A stretch of DNA of 64,000 bases, from positions 23,064,001 to 23,128,000 of the forward strand of contig OX597830.1 of assembly GCA_951406725.2 (NCBI GenBank), written 5' to 3'. The DNA is from Octopus vulgaris (lineage: Eukaryota). The notes beneath the pieces are model-generated. The model was not told where the DNA came from. It did not search any database and saw only the letters and a list, made by a program, of their open reading frames with translations. Below, in pieces: positions 1 to 13,459 of this stretch (positions are counted from its first letter, which is position 1; every line of letters starts with the position of its first letter). Made by a program: the position numbers and the translations under genes.

Positions 1-470
1 GGGACCATTATTGTTGTGGTACCATTAGAAACACTGTTGTAGAATTGTTTTCTATTAGAACCAGTATTGTGGAGAGTCTGTTGGGAGAAATAAAATAGTG
101 GACCTAATTTTTTGTAAAAATCACCATTGTGGAAATGTTTTCCAGTGAAAATGCCATTACAGAGCTATTTTCTGCTAAAACTATCATTGTGGAGCTATTT
201 TCTGGTGGAACTATCATTGTGGAGTTGTCTTCTGGTAAGACACCATTAGGAAGCTGTTTTATGGTAAAACCACCATTGTGGAGCTGTTTGCTAGTGAAAG
301 ACTCACCGTGTGCTGTTTTTGGTAGAACCATCTTGGTGGATCTGTTTTTGGCAGAACCAGCTTTGTGGAGCCGTTTTGGTAGAACCAAAATTGAAGAGCT
401 GTTTTTGGTAGATCCATCATTTTGGAGCTGTTTTAGGTAGGACCACCAGTGTGGAATTATTTTTCAAACC
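1..470. repeat. Degenerate minisatellite, ~30-bp unit
   Basis: Recurring ccattgtggagctgtttttggtagaa-like units every ~30 bp; this explains ORFs 104..388 and 129..440. Confidence 0.85.
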
Positions 471-574
471 ATTTGAAGTTCTCCATCTCTGATGATTTTT
501 TACACATATTTCTACTGTTCATTTCGTTTCTGATTGCAACGTACAATATTATTGAATTACCAGACTGTATATTG

Positions 575-945
575 ATAACAGTATCAATATCTATTCAATA
601 TCAATATCATATATATCTATACAGTCAATATTACCGAATAATGATCGTACAGTCAATATTAATATGCCATGTCTACGCAGTCGATATCAATACACTGCGT
701 TTACACAGCTGATATCAAAATACCATGTCCACACAGACGATATTAATATGCTACGTCTCTCTCCAGTCAATATCACAATGCCGTATCTTTTTGTCAATAA
801 CAACAGCAGCATGTGATTTATACAGTCAATATCAAATAGGTTGTATCTATACAGTCGATATCGATACGCTACGCCTATCCAATCGATATTACTCTATTAC
901 CATACCATACAAATGTACTACAGATTACGATTAAGCAGTTGATAT
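575..945. repeat. Degenerate minisatellite, ~30-bp unit
   Basis: Recurring tacagtc(a/g)atatcaata...g..tatct units. Confidence 0.75.
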
Positions 946-1255
946 CATCAGATAATCTGGAGCTGTTATAGTAGATCATTTTTTTAAAAAAAAACAAAGA
1001 AAAAAATGAAATCAATTAATTAAAATATAAAAGAACTATTGCTTGTTTAATGGTTTGCTCTAATATTTATGATAGCATTGCTGATATCTCTGTGATGATG
1101 ATCATGTCCCATTACTAATGTCCCATTTCATAGATTAGACAACAGTTGGAAAGGTTGACTATTCAAATTGGTACCAACTTAAATAAATTGATTGGGGTTC
1201 TTCACAGCTCATTAATCTTTCATATAAAAATAATATAAAACAAAATAATACAATA

Positions 1256-1271
1256 TATGTGTGTATTCATG

Positions 1272-1309
<38 letters not shown>

Positions 1310-1397
1310 TGTGTGTGTATCTATCTATCTACCATTCTATCTATCTATCCATCCATCTATCTATCTACCATTCTATCTATCTATCTATATCTACCAT

Positions 1398-1454
<57 letters not shown>

Positions 1455-1500
1455 ATATATGCACACACACAGACACATAATATATATGTGTGCATATGTA
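1256..1500. repeat. Compound (TA)n/(TCTA)n microsatellite
   Basis: Direct reading of the sequence. Confidence 0.95.
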
Positions 1501-3106
1501 TGTAGGAATTAAATAAAAAGACAAAATAATATTAATATAACTTTTTTTTTATAAAAAAAAAACAGGAATAAATGTAATATAATAAAAGATGAAAAAAAAA
1601 ACATTGTAAAGATATTAAAAAAAAAGTCGTAAATGTGACGGCTTTGGCAAAGTATTTTAATTTATTTCAAAAGCTGAAATGGAATTAATGAAAAGCTTCG
1701 TAACCCCCAACACTTACAAATCCACCCCTACCTCATGCAAAAAACAACAACAACAGCCATAACGATGACAACAATTACAACAACGACCATAACGACAATG
1801 ACAGCTATTAATGGTTATAACAACAACAAAAATTACTGATATGACAAAAGGAATCACTACATCAAATTAATCCCCTCCTACCACGACCTCCACCACCAAC
1901 ACCAATAATAACAATAAACATAACAAAAGCAACCACTACATCAATTGCTTCTTCCCCCCTCTCCCTTCCCCTCAAACTATAACAAAAACAACAAATACAA
2001 CAAATACCCATATAGCAACCGCTATACGACTACAACAACTGTTGCAACAACGACAACAACAACAACGCCATCTAGTTTGGTAAGCAATATTTTATTGATG
2101 AAATTTGTAAAAATGAACAGTTGATTATTTTTGGGTTAACGAGTTTGGGAAATTGAAATTAGCAGAATTGGTACTCAGACACACTGACACACAGTCATAC
2201 ACTTTACACATGCACAACCATACAAGGACATACACACATATAAACAGACATACACAGAGAAATACACTTCACACATCACTTTTTATTGGAATACATATGC
2301 AAAAACTACACCACGTTTCTCTTTTACACACACATTTACTCACACATTCTCACTCATTCTCTTACACATACACACACAACATTTCTATCTCATTTCTTTA
2401 TTAAGTTTATTTTCTTTGCTTAATTATAACTAACTTTCTCACTCTTCGACACACACGCATACATACACATACACTCTCTTTCTCTCTCTCTCACACACAC
2501 ACATACATACACACACGTGTGCACTTTTTTTCATTTTCTAATTGTTATTCTGACCGTGTAGTTACTCAATCTTTAGAAATAGCAGTCAAATCTCCCTCAA
2601 ATAACTAACACCCAACAGTCTTAACATTTCAAACACACACACACTGGACAATGTATTTTTGAGTTCTCTACTTGTAGGAAAAAGCAGAGATGGCCACAGA
2701 TGGAATGTCTACATCTAAGACAGCTGACCTGACATGAGAGTAAATAACAACTACCACTACTATTAATACTACAACTACCACCACCAATAATCTAGGTGCA
2801 ATGGGATTGCACCTAGAAAGTTCCCTTCAAAGGCACAAGTCTAGGCAAAGTTGTATATGGAAAACCAGCAGTCGCCCATGCATACCGGCCTCCCTTCTCC
2901 ATGCCACCGATTTTATCCAAGGGAAAGGCAAAGGCTGATACAGCTTGGCACCAGTGACAGTGCAACTCATTTCTACAGCTGAGTGAACAGGAGCAAAGTG
3001 AAATAAAGTGTCTTGCTCAAGATCACAAAACAGCCAGGTCCAAGAATCGAACTCACTACCTCATGATTGTAAGCCCAATGCTCTAAACCACTGAACCATG
3101 CACCTT

Positions 3107-3177
<71 letters not shown>

Positions 3178-3490
3178 CATTTATTTATATATATTTATTT
3201 ATATATTCAAAAGTCTCCGTACATAGGAAAAATTTTACACCAGTTGTCAGGTAGTGGTGGGGCACAAAGACAGACAGACAGACAGACACACACACATTGG
3301 GCTTCTTTTCAGTTTCTGTATACAAATCCACTCACAAGGCTTTGGTCGGGCTAAGACTATGGTAGGAGATATTTGCCCAAGGTGCCATGCAGTGGGACTG
3401 AATCCAGAACCATGTGGTTGCCAAGCATGTTTCTTACCACACAATCACACCTGTGCCTATGTATATATGTTTGTATGTATATAAGTATAC

Positions 3491-3881
3491 TCTTTTACTT
3501 GTTTCAGTCATTTGACTGTGGCCATGCTGGAGCACCATCTTTTAGTTGAGTAAATCGACCCCAAGACTTATTCTTTGTAAGCCTAGTACTTATTCTATCA
3601 GTCTCTTTTGCCGGACCGTTAAGTTACGGGGACGTAAACACACCAGCATCGGTTGTCAAGCGATGTTGGGGGCACAAACACAGACACACAAACATATACA
3701 CATACATATACATATATACGACGGGCTTCTTTCAGTTTCCATCTACTAAATCCACTCACAAAGCTTTGGTCGGCCCGAGGCTATAGTAGAAGACACTTGC
3801 CCAAGGTGCCACACAGTGGGACTGAACTCGGAACCATGTGGTTGGTAAGCAAGCTACTTACCACACAGCTACTCCTGCGCC
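3491..3881 (-). mobile_element. SINE family A, full-length (tRNA-like head, internal microsatellite, gaaacaagtaaaag tail)
   Basis: Reverse complement begins ggcgcaggagtagctgtgtggtaagtagc...ggttccgagttcagtccc (A/B-box-like) and recurs about 20 times in the window; a partial copy lies at 3237-3457. Confidence 0.85.
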
Positions 3882-4439
3882 TATGTATGCATATAAAAAA
3901 CAACATTTTTCTATAGTTTCCATAATTCTAACATAAAACTTTTGTGGACCTAAGGCTAAAGGCATGCATCCAACATTCCACATTGTAAGATCAGACCTAA
4001 TAAGTAAAAAATGAAACAGGATGTAATTTTTCTGAAACCAAAGATTAAGGAAGTATAAAAATAGAGAGAGAGCTCTCACGTGAGAGAAAAGATAGCTAAG
4101 TACCTTGTGTAGCAAAACTTTAAAAGCACTCACATGAGTAGATAAAGTTTGCATGGTGTGTCTTGGTGTTATGGCTAACCAAGTCATCGGGATTATGACA
4201 GTCGTGGGATTCAGATTTGTAAAGTATTTAATTCAATTTAATTTAATTTTATAATTGAAGGAGTCGTAACAGAAAATCATCTACTTGATATAAACGCACC
4301 TAGACCTACAGTGTGTAAGTGTGTGTATGTGTGATTATGGGCAGGGTTGCTTGCATGTTTGTCTCATGTTGTGTATCTTTATATTAAACTACTTCAAACA
4401 TGGTTTTCTGTTTTTTATGTCATGTAATCTAGCAGTTTG

Positions 4440-4610
4440 GCAAATGGAAAGCAGACCAAAACCAGCTTGGAGATGGACCATAGAAACTGAAGCACTGGCA
4501 GGCAGCTACCAATGGAGACAACTGCAATCTGTTGTCAAAGATCATGACAAATAGAGATCACCTGTTGGCACCCTACGCTCCACATGAAGTCAAAGAAATG
4601 AAGAAAAGAA
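4440..4610 (+). mobile_element. RTE-clade LINE 3' end fragment
   Basis: Translates SRPKPAWRWTIETEALAGSYQWRQLQSVVKDHDK*RSPVGTLRST, matching the RTE C-terminal pattern GRPK.TWRRT.E.E....W..L...A.DR..WR.LV.AL, followed by a gaa-rich tail. Confidence 0.7.
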
Positions 4611-4870
4611 GTCTCAGACATTCAAATAAGTGCTGCGGTTAATATGATCAATTAAAAAACAAGGAAGCGAGCTGGCAGAATTCGTTAGCTTGCTAGGCAA
4701 AATGCTTAGCGGTATTTCATCTGTCTTTATGTTCTGAGTTCAAATTTCACTGAGGGTCGACTTTGCCTTTCATCCTTTAGAGTAGAAAAGAATATGATCA
4801 ACTAAAAAAATTCTGCAAGTTAATGCCCCAGCATGGTCATAACCCAATGATTGAAACTGGAAAAATAATA

Positions 4871-5742
4871 AGTGGTTCTCAACCAGGGTCCATATAAGAT
4901 TTTATTTTTTGGCAGGGGTCACACAACAAAATAGTAAACTGGGGATCCACAACAGTATTTTAAAGGCCCCTGAAAAACTTCTGCTTTAGATGTATGTATT
5001 GGTATGTATTTCAAGAAACAACTAGGTTTCCATTAGGCAAAATAAGCATCTGGTTTTCAACTGGGGCCCATATAAGATTTGTGGGGGAGGTCCACGCAAC
5101 AAAACAGTAAATTGAGGATCCACAATAGTATTTTAAAGGCCCCTGAAAATATTCTGCATTAGCTGTGTGTATAGGTATGTGTTATGATGTGGGTATATAA
5201 GTCTGGTGTAAAATAGCATTACACAAATAAATAGTTGCTTGTGGTTATCTAAAAATAATCTACCACAGAACTGCATGTTAACACAGAATACACTCTGTAC
5301 TACTTGAACACAGGTACGATACTCAGCATTCACTGTTCAACTATCGACTGTTAAACCAACACATGTCGAACTAACATGGTTAACCAACATGGTCGGTCGA
5401 ACTAACATCATCAACTACCCCCTTGACAGTTCACTCAGTTCTTATTCATTACAATCGGTTAGTACCACCTTCAGTCACGTGGGGGTGGTCAGAACTCTCC
5501 CATAACAGTATGTATTGCAAGAAACAGCTGGTTTCTTTCTCTAACATTTTACATGATTCAGCCTCGACAAGTTAATGTGTGAAAATCAAAATAAGAATTT
5601 TTAAGGAAGTTCCTATAAAACTACTATTTAAACATCATATGGCTATGGGGGTCCACCAGAATAAAAGAATAATAAAATAAAAAGGGTTTCAGCAATGCAA
5701 ACAGAAGTGTAAAAAAAAATAAAAAAAATTGAGAAACTGACT
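4871..5742. mobile_element. Two adjacent hAT/Charlie-like non-autonomous elements (4871-5030 truncated; 5049-5742 interrupted by a solo LTR)
   Basis: agtggttctcaacc / ctggttttcaact left ends and a ttgagaaac right end; the internal ggg(g)atccac...gtattttaaaggcccctgaaaa is duplicated; a third copy lies at 42500-43523. Confidence 0.65.
5180..5507. mobile_element. Solo LTR, 328 bp
   Basis: Termini TGTTATG...CATAACA (7-bp inverted, TG...CA), flanked by the 5-bp direct repeat GTATG (5175-5179 and 5508-5512). Removing it restores the hAT-like sequence gtatgtattgcaagaaac seen uninterrupted at ~5002 and ~42577. Confidence 0.85.
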
Positions 5743-6799
5743 CTAAATCGTGGTCTGGTTTCTCATTCTTTCTCAGACTACCTTGTACTCTAATATACTC
5801 AGGGGAGTATCTCTTACTCTAATGGACTCTGAGGGTGTACTAACGTTAAGCTATTCTAGATGAGGTGAGACTGTATGTTGAAGATTATGTCCTGAAGACA
5901 ATATGTTTTACATCAAACTGTAAGATATTTTTACTTAAGATTATCAACAAGAAAATAAGCAGATGAATAAATAGACATTTTTGAATTTGTTTTGCAATAA
6001 TCTAGACGTGAAGTAGTGTTGAAACTGATACAGCTACACTCTGGGAGGGTCATACTGTCAATGAACACACACACATACACTGGGTGTAGTTCACTTTGGC
6101 TTTTATTTATATTATCAGAAATTATATTAGATTATTTTGTTATAATAAAATTATATTAAAATATATTTTTTTTTAAATCATATAAAAAATACTCAAGGCA
6201 AAAAGTTAAATGAACACACACACTATCAAAAAACAAATAAATAAAATGAAAGCAAGGGGAAAAAAAAACGCTAAAAATGTAATACTGGAATAATATAATT
6301 GTCTGTAAATTTAGGGCAGGGTCACAGGAAAACCTCTTTGATAAAATAGAAAGAATTGAAATTTGAGTATAATTATTTATTTTATTAGAGTTAATTCCAC
6401 TCACTTCTCTCTCTCTCTTGGAAATAGAATTAGACAATTGGACAAATATAGTTTTCCTCCTCCTCCTCCACCACCACCACCACCACCACCACCACCACAA
6501 CAACAACAACGTAAATGATGAAGTGGGAGGTTATCTATGAGATTGTCGGGCTTGCCTGAAACAGCAGCCAAATCCTTTTAAAATTACACTCTGAGAATCT
6601 TAGTAAGGAAAAAGGATGCTGTAGTTACACCTAGATTGGGCTTGAAAAAAGGATAAAATGTTTATGATTATTGTAGTGTCTTGGGAGGATCATTACACCA
6701 ATATTAACAACACACACACAGGTTCAATATCACTTTATTGTTAGTGAATTGGTTAAATATCTAACCAACTAACAAATCAATTGTTTCTTTTACTTCTTT

Positions 6800-7234
6800 T
6801 CCATCTTTTTCTTGATTCAGTCATTTGACTGAGGCCATGCTTGTAAGATTTTAGTTGAATAAATCGATCCCAGGAATTTTTTTTAAAGCCTAGTACTTAT
6901 TCTTATTTCTTTATTCTCCACAAGGGGCTACACATAGAGAGGACAAACAAGGACAGACAAATGGATTAAGTCGATTATATCGACCCCAGTGTGTAACTGG
7001 TACTTATTTAATCGATCCTGAAAGGATGAAAGGCAAAGTCGACCTCGGCAGAATTTGAACTCAGAACGTGACGGCAGACAAAATACTGCTAAGCATTTTG
7101 CCCGGCATGCTAATGTTTCTGCCAGCTTGCTACCTTTTTATTCTACTGGTCTATTAACTGCTAAGTTATGGGGATGTAAACACACCAACACTGGTTGTCA
7201 AGCAGTAATAGGGGACAAACACAGATAGATACAT

Positions 7235-7287
<53 letters not shown>

Positions 7288-7437
7288 GATGGGCTTCTTT
7301 TCAGTTTCCGTCTACCAAATCCACTCACAAGGCTCTGATTGGCCTGAGTCTATAGTAGAAGACCCTTGCCCAAGGTACCACATAGTGGGACTGAACTTGG
7401 AACCATGTGGTTGGGAAACAAGCATTTTACCACACAG
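6800..7437 (-). mobile_element. SINE family A with a nested full-length SINE family B (6905-7134)
   Basis: Family A sequence is interrupted by the reverse complement of family B (ggcagaaacattagc...gttctgagttcaaattctgccgaggtcgactttgcc). Confidence 0.8.
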
Positions 7438-7672
7438 TTATGTTTGTTAGTCAGAATTATTTTGTCACTGTTTGCAACCTTTTCAATGACTTCCCCTTTT
7501 GATGCAAGGTCTGCTCTGTGTCTGTCTGAGAATTGGTCCTATATCAGTGTGTATGCATGCTTTTGTGTGTGTGTGTGTGTGTGCACGCACGAGCTACCTG
7601 TGACCTCTTTTATGCTTTTGATTATAGGGGGGTCACAAGATAAGGACTGACTGTGGGCTACACAAAAACATG

Positions 7673-8530
7673 TGGATGAGGTGGAGTGGGTGTAGGGGGT
7701 GATTGCTATGAGATTGTTGGACTCGCCTGAAATAGCAGCAGAATCCCTTTAAAATTACACCATCAGTATCTTACAAAAGAAGGATATATTGGATGCTGTG
7801 GTCACACCCACATAGGGCGTGGGGTTGATCTTGGGTTCCACAACAATGACAACAATAACGTTCTGATGATGTAGAGGTTCTATGTTGTTGCTCTATCTGC
7901 TAGAAATAGCAACTAAATACCCCTGAAATCACAGCATTGGTATCTTAAAAAAGAAGGACACATTGGATGATGTGGTCATACCTACACAGGACCTGAAAAA
8001 TAGGTAAGATGTTTAAGGCTATGTATTTTTGACTAGTTAGGGTCTGCACATTCAGGAGGGCTGACCTTTGGTCACATGACAACAATGTAATGATGAAGTA
8101 GAGGGTTTTATGTTATTGCTCTGCTAGAAATAGCAACCAAAATTCCCCCTGAAATTACACCCTTAATATTTTAATAAGGAAGGATGCATTGAATGATTAT
8201 ACTAGCACGGGGCCTATAAAAGGGCTACGATGCTTATGGCTGAAACATACTTTCGACTATAGGGTCTGAACATTCAGGGCTGACCTTGAGTTACACAACA
8301 ACAATATACTGATGATGTAGTGGGCTCTATGTTGTTGCTCTATCTACTAGAAATAGCAACCAAAATTCCTCCTGAAATTATATCCTTAGTGTCTGAGAAA
8401 AGAAGGACATATTGGATGAAGGGGTCCTGCATACTGTGTCTCAAAAACGGCCCTTGAAGTTCATAACTGGAATATATTTTGCATTGTCTGTTTGAGCAGA
8501 GCTGACATAGAGCTTACACAATAACAACAT
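7673..8530 (+). repeat. Tandem array of four ~190-230-bp degenerate units of an old interspersed repeat
   Basis: Each unit reads gatgatgtagagg...tgctagaaatagcaaccaaa..ccctgaaattacac...gaaggacacattggatga...gggctgaccttg; related single copies at ~2570, 6515, 14160, 19085, 63720. Confidence 0.75.
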
Positions 8531-8894
8531 CAACAATATTGATGATGATGATGATGATGATGATGATAACAACACCAAAAAAAAAAAACAAAAAAATCCC
8601 CTATTCTTTAATTCAGTCTTTTTTTTTACATAGCAGTTCCGTTCTCTGTGGAAAAAATGAGGAAATACAAGCAGACAGTGGTTTATCTTGGCCAAGGTTG
8701 CTTCTAGTATTAATGCTAACTTAAGAAACTAAGATGAAGAGGGTGGTGGTGAGACGTGTGTGTGGGGTTGTAGGTTTGGGGAGTAGTAGTAGCTGTGATG
8801 AGGGGAGAGGGGAATTGCAAAGAAAAACATCTTTTGCTGAACATTTAGCTTTCAATTCATACATGTCCATTAAATATGTAAGAGAGACATAGTG

Positions 8895-8928
<34 letters not shown>

Positions 8929-9446
8929 TGTGTGTGTGTGTGTGTGTGCATGTGTGTATTTGTGTGTGTAAGAGAGAGGAGCCTGTATATTAGTGAGAGA
9001 GAAGGGGGAGGGAGGAGCCTGTGTATTAGTGTGTGTGAGGAAGTGTATTAGTGCATGTATGCATGTATGTATGTATGTGTGTGTGTGAAAGAGAGAGAGA
9101 GAGAGAATGTATATGTGTATGAAATAGATAGAAAGAGTTGGTGTATGAGAGAGAGAGAAGTGTGTGTATGAGATAGAAAGAGAGTGAGTATATGTGTGTA
9201 TGAGAGAGAGAGTGTGTGTGTATGAGATAGAAAGAGAGTGAGTATATGTGTGTATGAGATAGATAAATACAGAGAGAATGTATGTGTGTGTATGGGAAAG
9301 AGAAAGAGAGAGTGTGTATAGATGACAGTGAGAAAGTTAGCAGGAGAATGTGTATGTGTCGGAGGGAGAATATACATGTGTATGACTGTGTATGAGAGAA
9401 AGAGGGAGTGAGAGTGTCTATGAGTATGTATACACGAGAAAGTGTA

Positions 9447-9493
<47 letters not shown>

Positions 9494-9814
9494 ATATTTT
9501 CCTTAATTGCAAGTTGATTGGTCAGTCACATGTCTTTGCTTTGTCTTGTCGAAATATGCCGTATGATGTTCGAATGGTAATTGTGAAATGAGTGTTTATC
9601 AGCATGCAAGCAGTGTTCTTTGTTTCTAATACTCTGGCCATGGGGGTGAAAATATTGCTTAGCTTGGAGACAAGCGAGGGTTGGCAACAGGAAGGGCACC
9701 TGGCTGTAGAAAAATCTGCCTCGACAAAATTCCGTATTACTCATGCAAGCATGGGGAAGTTGAAGTTAGACTGAGGATGATGATGATGATGAGGATGATG
9801 ATGGTTATGTGTAT

Positions 9815-10032
9815 TCTTTTATTTGTTTCAGTCATCTGATTGTGGCCATGCTGGAGCACTGCCTTGAAGGGTCTTAGTTGGACAAATCAACCCCAGGGTT
9901 TATTTTTTTAAAGCCAAGTGCTTATTCTATTGCTCTCTTTTGCTGGACTGCTAATGTTATGGGGACATCATGAACACACCAACACCAGTTGTCAAGCAGT
10001 GATGGGGGCGACAAACACAAGCACAAAGACAT

Positions 10033-10086
<54 letters not shown>

Positions 10087-10822
10087 TTCAACTTATGTTG
10101 AATTCAACAAAGTTTGCTTCAGAAGCATCAAGATGTATTAAAAGATACAGAAAAGTATAAAGCTAATAATACAGCATAAAGCACTTGATGCGTAATCACA
10201 GGGATGTGAGTTCAAGTCTCATGGCTGGCTGCCGAAAGATTTTTCTGCAAAATATGGATAGGTTATCCTGTTCAGGCTAAATCATTAGCATTAGCCTGCA
10301 TTTGAGAATAAAATTATTTCCTTATCTGTATCTTTTAATACATCTCAACATTTCTAAAGCAAACTTTATTTGTTGACTTTCAACGTAACTTGAATTTAAC
10401 GTATGATAGCGTCTTATAAAGCTAGATTTATATATCCTAAATTTACAGAAGAATTTGTTGTTGGAGCAGTTTAGCTTAATGGTAAAGCACTTGATACGTA
10501 ATCACAAGGATGTGAGTCCGAGTCTCATGGCTGGCTGCCGACATATTTTTCTGCAAAATATGGATAGTTTATCCTGTCCATGCTATTTTATCAGCATTAT
10601 CCTGTGTTTGAGAATAAAATTATTTCCTTATCTGTATCTATCTATCTATATATACACTTATATAAATACGACAGACTTTTTTCAGTTTCTGCCATCCAAA
10701 TTAACTCACGATGCTTTGATCGGCCCAAATTTATAGTAGAAGACACTCGCCTAAGGTGCTATGCAGTGGGACTGAACCCTGAACCATGTGGTTGGGAAGC
10801 AAGCTTCTTACCACACAGCCAC
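9815..10822 (-). mobile_element. SINE family A split by a ~590-bp insert in its internal (TA)n tract
   Basis: 3' half at 9815-10050 and 5' half at ~10665-10822, separated by the palindromic/tRNA-like insert 10081-10640. Confidence 0.75.
10465..10536 (+). pseudogene. tRNA-Thr(CGT)-like pseudogene or SINE head, partially duplicated at ~10177-10232
   Basis: D arm GCTT-aatggta-AAGC, anticodon loop tacgtaa, T arm GTGAG-t(c/t)c(g/a)agt-CTCAT. The acceptor and anticodon stems are imperfect. Confidence 0.55.
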
Positions 10823-11759
10823 ACAATGTGTGTGTGTGTGAGTGTGCATGCGTGTATGTGTTCTTGTGTGTGTGTAGACATCAGTGATGGTTGTCAAAGT
10901 GCATCATCATCATCACTATACAAAGTTGTTTATTTGTTTCCAGTTGCCTACGACAAACATGTTGGGGGAAAATTAGCTTGCTTGGAAACAGGCAAGGGTT
11001 GGGGACAAAAACGGGATCCCACTTTAGAAAATGTTGGTTAGTCCACATTACTCCTGGGTTCTCCTCCCTAAATGGGACACTGGGCTGTCATAAAGTTAAT
11101 CCTTTTTACCAGCTGAGTGGGCTGGAGTGGACGTGAAATAAAGTGCTTTGCTTAAGAACACAACACATTGCCAAATCCAGGAATTGAAACCACAAACTTA
11201 CGATCATGAGTCCTACACCCTAACCACAAAGCCATGCACTTCAACAAATACCATCAGATCCATGCAAGCATGAAAAAGTGGACATCAAAAATGATGATGA
11301 AGATGATGATGATGATGATGATGATGACAAAGATGATTACAACCATGACCGACTGTTTAGTGTGCTGTTTCATTTTATTTAATACAGGAGGTATAAGACT
11401 TGAGGCAGATTTAGCTGCTATTTCTACCAGGTCCAGTGACAACCGTGAGCCTGCTTTCATTGGCTCATAAACATGCAATGTTATTGTAACTGCACCAGAC
11501 AGCACCACAGCTCAGAAGAAGCATGATGTATTATTGCCAGTTGAAAACACATCGCCGTATTCATAACCAGGGGGGTGTGGGGTCGATTTTTGTTTTTGTT
11601 TTTGTTTTTTTTCTTTCCATTTGGATCACATAAAGTTTACTTTCAGCCTCGTTTTTATTGTTCTGCTTGGTTTACGCACAAGCTTATTCAATCTGTCCAT
11701 ATTTTTATTTCTATATTCCACATATTCACACGTAACGTAGCAAAACACCATTACATATG

Positions 11760-12072
11760 TATGCATATATACACATACATATACTCACACTCACACATGC
11801 ACTTACACACATACACACATGAATACACATACATATACACACACTCACATTCACACATGCACATATGAATATACATACATATATATATACACTCACACAT
11901 GCACTTACACACATGAATACACATACATATATACACACTCACATATGCACTTGCACACACATGAATACACATACATATATACACACTCACACATGCACTT
12001 ACATACACACATGAATACACATACATATACACACATGCACATTCACACATGCACTTACACACATATATGAAT

Positions 12073-12105
<33 letters not shown>

Positions 12106-12380
12106 TATATACATACACATATACATATACATATGCAAACAAACATACATACGTACATATATATATATGTATATATATATACATATACACACACATCCAC
12201 CTTCCACTATATTCAGTATAAAGAGTGAAATCTATTATACACACACACATATATATATATATATATATGTAGATACATACATATACATATAGACACACAT
12301 ATATACATATACATACATATGTGCACATGCATACATACATACATACATACATACATATGTACGTACACTTATTCACACAT
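11760..12380. repeat. Higher-order (CA/TA)-derived minisatellite, ~44-50-bp unit, grading into microsatellite
   Basis: Repeated acatgaatacacatacatatatacacactcacacatgcacttacac. Confidence 0.85.
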
Positions 12381-13211
12381 ATATATTATTTCATTATTAG
12401 ATATTGATGTGTTATCCTTTTTGCAAGACTAACTACTAACATTTTATCATCATCATCATCATCATCATCGTTACTATTATTATTATTATTATTATTATTA
12501 TTATCCTCATCATCATCGTCATCATTATTACATTTGGTTTGATTTTAGCATAACATTGTTTCAATGATGGTGGTGGTGGCACTGGTTGTGGGGCAATGCC
12601 ATTTTTTTTTTCTACGCCTTTCTCTGTTTATGCCACTGTGCTGCTGTCGTTTCTGCTATTACCTGTGTTGTTTTGTCGTCAAAGCAAATAAGCTGTAATA
12701 CAGCACAGATGTTGAATAGGTGAATAATATTTCCAGAATACAAACTTTTCCTATCCTTTGTTGTTTTATAATAGCGTTTTCCTTTTTACAATTTCCTTCC
12801 CCGACACTTTCTCCCCCCCCCCTTCTCTCTTTCGCCTCCTCATCTTCATCTTGCTCTAAGTGATGTACTATTGTACAGATCCTGACTACCATGCTTTTAC
12901 TAATGCAGTTCCTACGTCAACATTGCATGTTCGTTACATTTGCATAATACTTCATAGCAAAAAAAATTTAAATAAAAAAAAAATTAAAAAAGTGGGGGTG
13001 GGTATTTTGTTGGTTTTTTTTCATTGAGGATTACTCTCTAATTTTCATCGTTTCATTCTATCTCCCCACCCCCATCCCCACCCCAATACTCCCACACAAA
13101 ATTTTGTTGTAGAACAAAATGATGAAACAGCAAAGCTTGTAATAAATGAAAGTAATTTTTGCACTGTGTTAATGTGAGTGTCACCTAAGACTAAAGAAAA
13201 ACAAAAGAAAA

Positions 13212-13274
<63 letters not shown>

Positions 13275-13459
13275 GATTGGATAACAGTGGAAGCAAGAAA
13301 CCTCTAAACACAACTTCTGTGGTGCCTAATATTGTGGTGCCTAAGAGCTAAAGGAATTTGGTTGTTGATGTTGCTGCTGCAGCTGTTATTTAGCCACAGG
13401 ACAAACCTGACTGAGAAGTCCTACGATCAAAAGTATTCCAGCTGTGCCCACTCTGTCTT

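Noticed and set aside
104-440. ORFs 104..388 (-) and 129..440 (+) with 10-aa periodicity
   Set aside because: By-products of a 30-bp minisatellite; no splice signals or recognisable domain.
11726-12376. Many Cys/Val/Tyr/Ile/His/Thr-rich ORFs here and at 1257-1512, 21867-22202, 40143-41189, 54552-56137 and 58922-59401
   Set aside because: Translations of di-, tri- and tetranucleotide microsatellites.
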